A DNA stretch of 64,000 nt from a virus: the IMG/VR virus record IMGVR_UViG_3300009537_000004, positions 7,125 through 71,124 of that record. One strand, written 5' to 3'. Below are positions 63,470 through 64,000 of this stretch, in pieces. Made by a program: the position numbers and the translations under genes. The notes under the pieces are model-generated. The model was not told the origin of the DNA, searched no databases, and saw nothing but the letters and a program-made list of their open reading frames with translations. The first letter of the stretch is position 1. Each line of letters opens with the position of its first letter.

Positions 63470-63954
63470 TGCCCAAATATCTAACCGACAGAGATGTAAC
63501 ATTCTTTCGTTCCATCAACCGTGAGTTGGTGGATGAAGTGATTGAAACTCTCGTCATTTTGTATAAATTGAGTGTGACTGAATCGCCGTCAAATATATAC
63601 GGAGAAGCACCCTCTAAGAAACATCATGTGGGCGTTCAAATTCCTTGCCTCATCAAGCGTCAGGACAAAAGTCCTACTACTGACGGACATATTATTGACT
63701 TCAATCAAACTGCTGTATTCTCATTCCTGAGAGAAACATTGGAAACAAAAGGCGTTTATCCCGAGGTCGGCGATATAATTGAATACGATAGCACGTATTG
63801 GGAAATCAACAACGCAGCAGAGAACCAGTTACTTGGAGATAGGCCTACATTGAACTGGGCAATAATCTGTACCTGTCACATGACAAGAAGATCAGCATTG
63901 CAGTTGGAAGAAAGACAACAACCTCCGTCTAATCCTATTACGGAGCGAGACTAG
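63469..63954 (+). CDS. Head completion/neck protein (T4 gp14-like)
   Basis: 'N.YGE..K', 'YPEVGDII......YWEI'; follows the gp13-like gene. Confidence 0.7.
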   Translation: MPKYLTDRDVTFFRSINRELVDEVIETLVILYKLSVTESPSNIYGEAPSKKHHVGVQIPCLIKRQDKSPTTDGHIIDFNQTAVFSFLRETLETKGVYPEVGDIIEYDSTYWEINNAAENQLLGDRPTLNWAIICTCHMTRRSALQLEERQQPPSNPITERD

Positions 63955-64000
63955 TGGAGTAAAGTATGACAGACAATATTGTATTGAATCCTGGTTTTGG

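Noticed and set aside
1-64000. Stop-codon reassignment, as seen in some large phages
   Set aside because: Genes are full length in the standard code, and TAG (e.g. 42627, 48147) and TGA (27501) act as real stops.
1-64000. Minus-strand and nested ORFs in the ORF track (e.g. 57363..58064, 54469..54948, 6386..6787, 30453..30866)
   Set aside because: They shadow well-supported + strand genes, have no recognisable motifs, and are expected where acidic codons or A/T-poor islands remove stop codons.
1-64000. tRNA, rRNA or structured ncRNA genes
   Set aside because: Intergenic gaps are short and show only terminator-like hairpins; no cloverleaf or T-loop signature was recognised by eye.
63966-64000. 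Start of another CDS (MTDNIVLNPGF...)
   Set aside because: Plausible, with GGAG upstream, but only 11 codons are visible, too few to call.

Overview
A 64-kb slice of a large T4-like (myovirus-type) phage genome. All supported genes lie on the + strand and use the standard genetic code. Gene order: baseplate genes (gp25-like, gp6-like wedge, large wedge proteins); a few small enzymes (HAD, PD-(D/E)XK resolvase-like, SPOUT-like); Ser/Gly-rich virion or fibre genes; an embedded replication/recombination cassette (primase, GIY-YIG, fused Mre11-Rad50) with its own sigma70-like promoter; a long block of paralogous tail/fibre genes; and the head module (HxGH nucleotidyltransferase/ligase-like fusion, TerL, portal, prohead protease, bS21, scaffold, major capsid protein, neck proteins). 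Five signals stand out. (1) Four intragenic islands with cores of about 420-465 bp contain zero or one run of three A/T bases; this comes from context-dependent codon choice, not simply high GC. (2) A family of unrelated small proteins and multi-module polyproteins carries roughly 10-aa Glu-ending leaders and internal xxNE/xxSE linkers, resembling an expanded capsid-targeting and prohead-protease cargo system. (3) One of those polyproteins ends in a candidate -1 programmed frameshift (C_CCT_TTC, 7-nt spacer, stem-loop). (4) A duplicated 5' end of the protease gene marks the insertion of a cargo gene. (5) A TAYTTAT motif lies mostly 31-38 nt upstream of start codons and is a candidate late promoter. 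Family assignments come from motif recognition only; no database search was run, and all counts are by hand.
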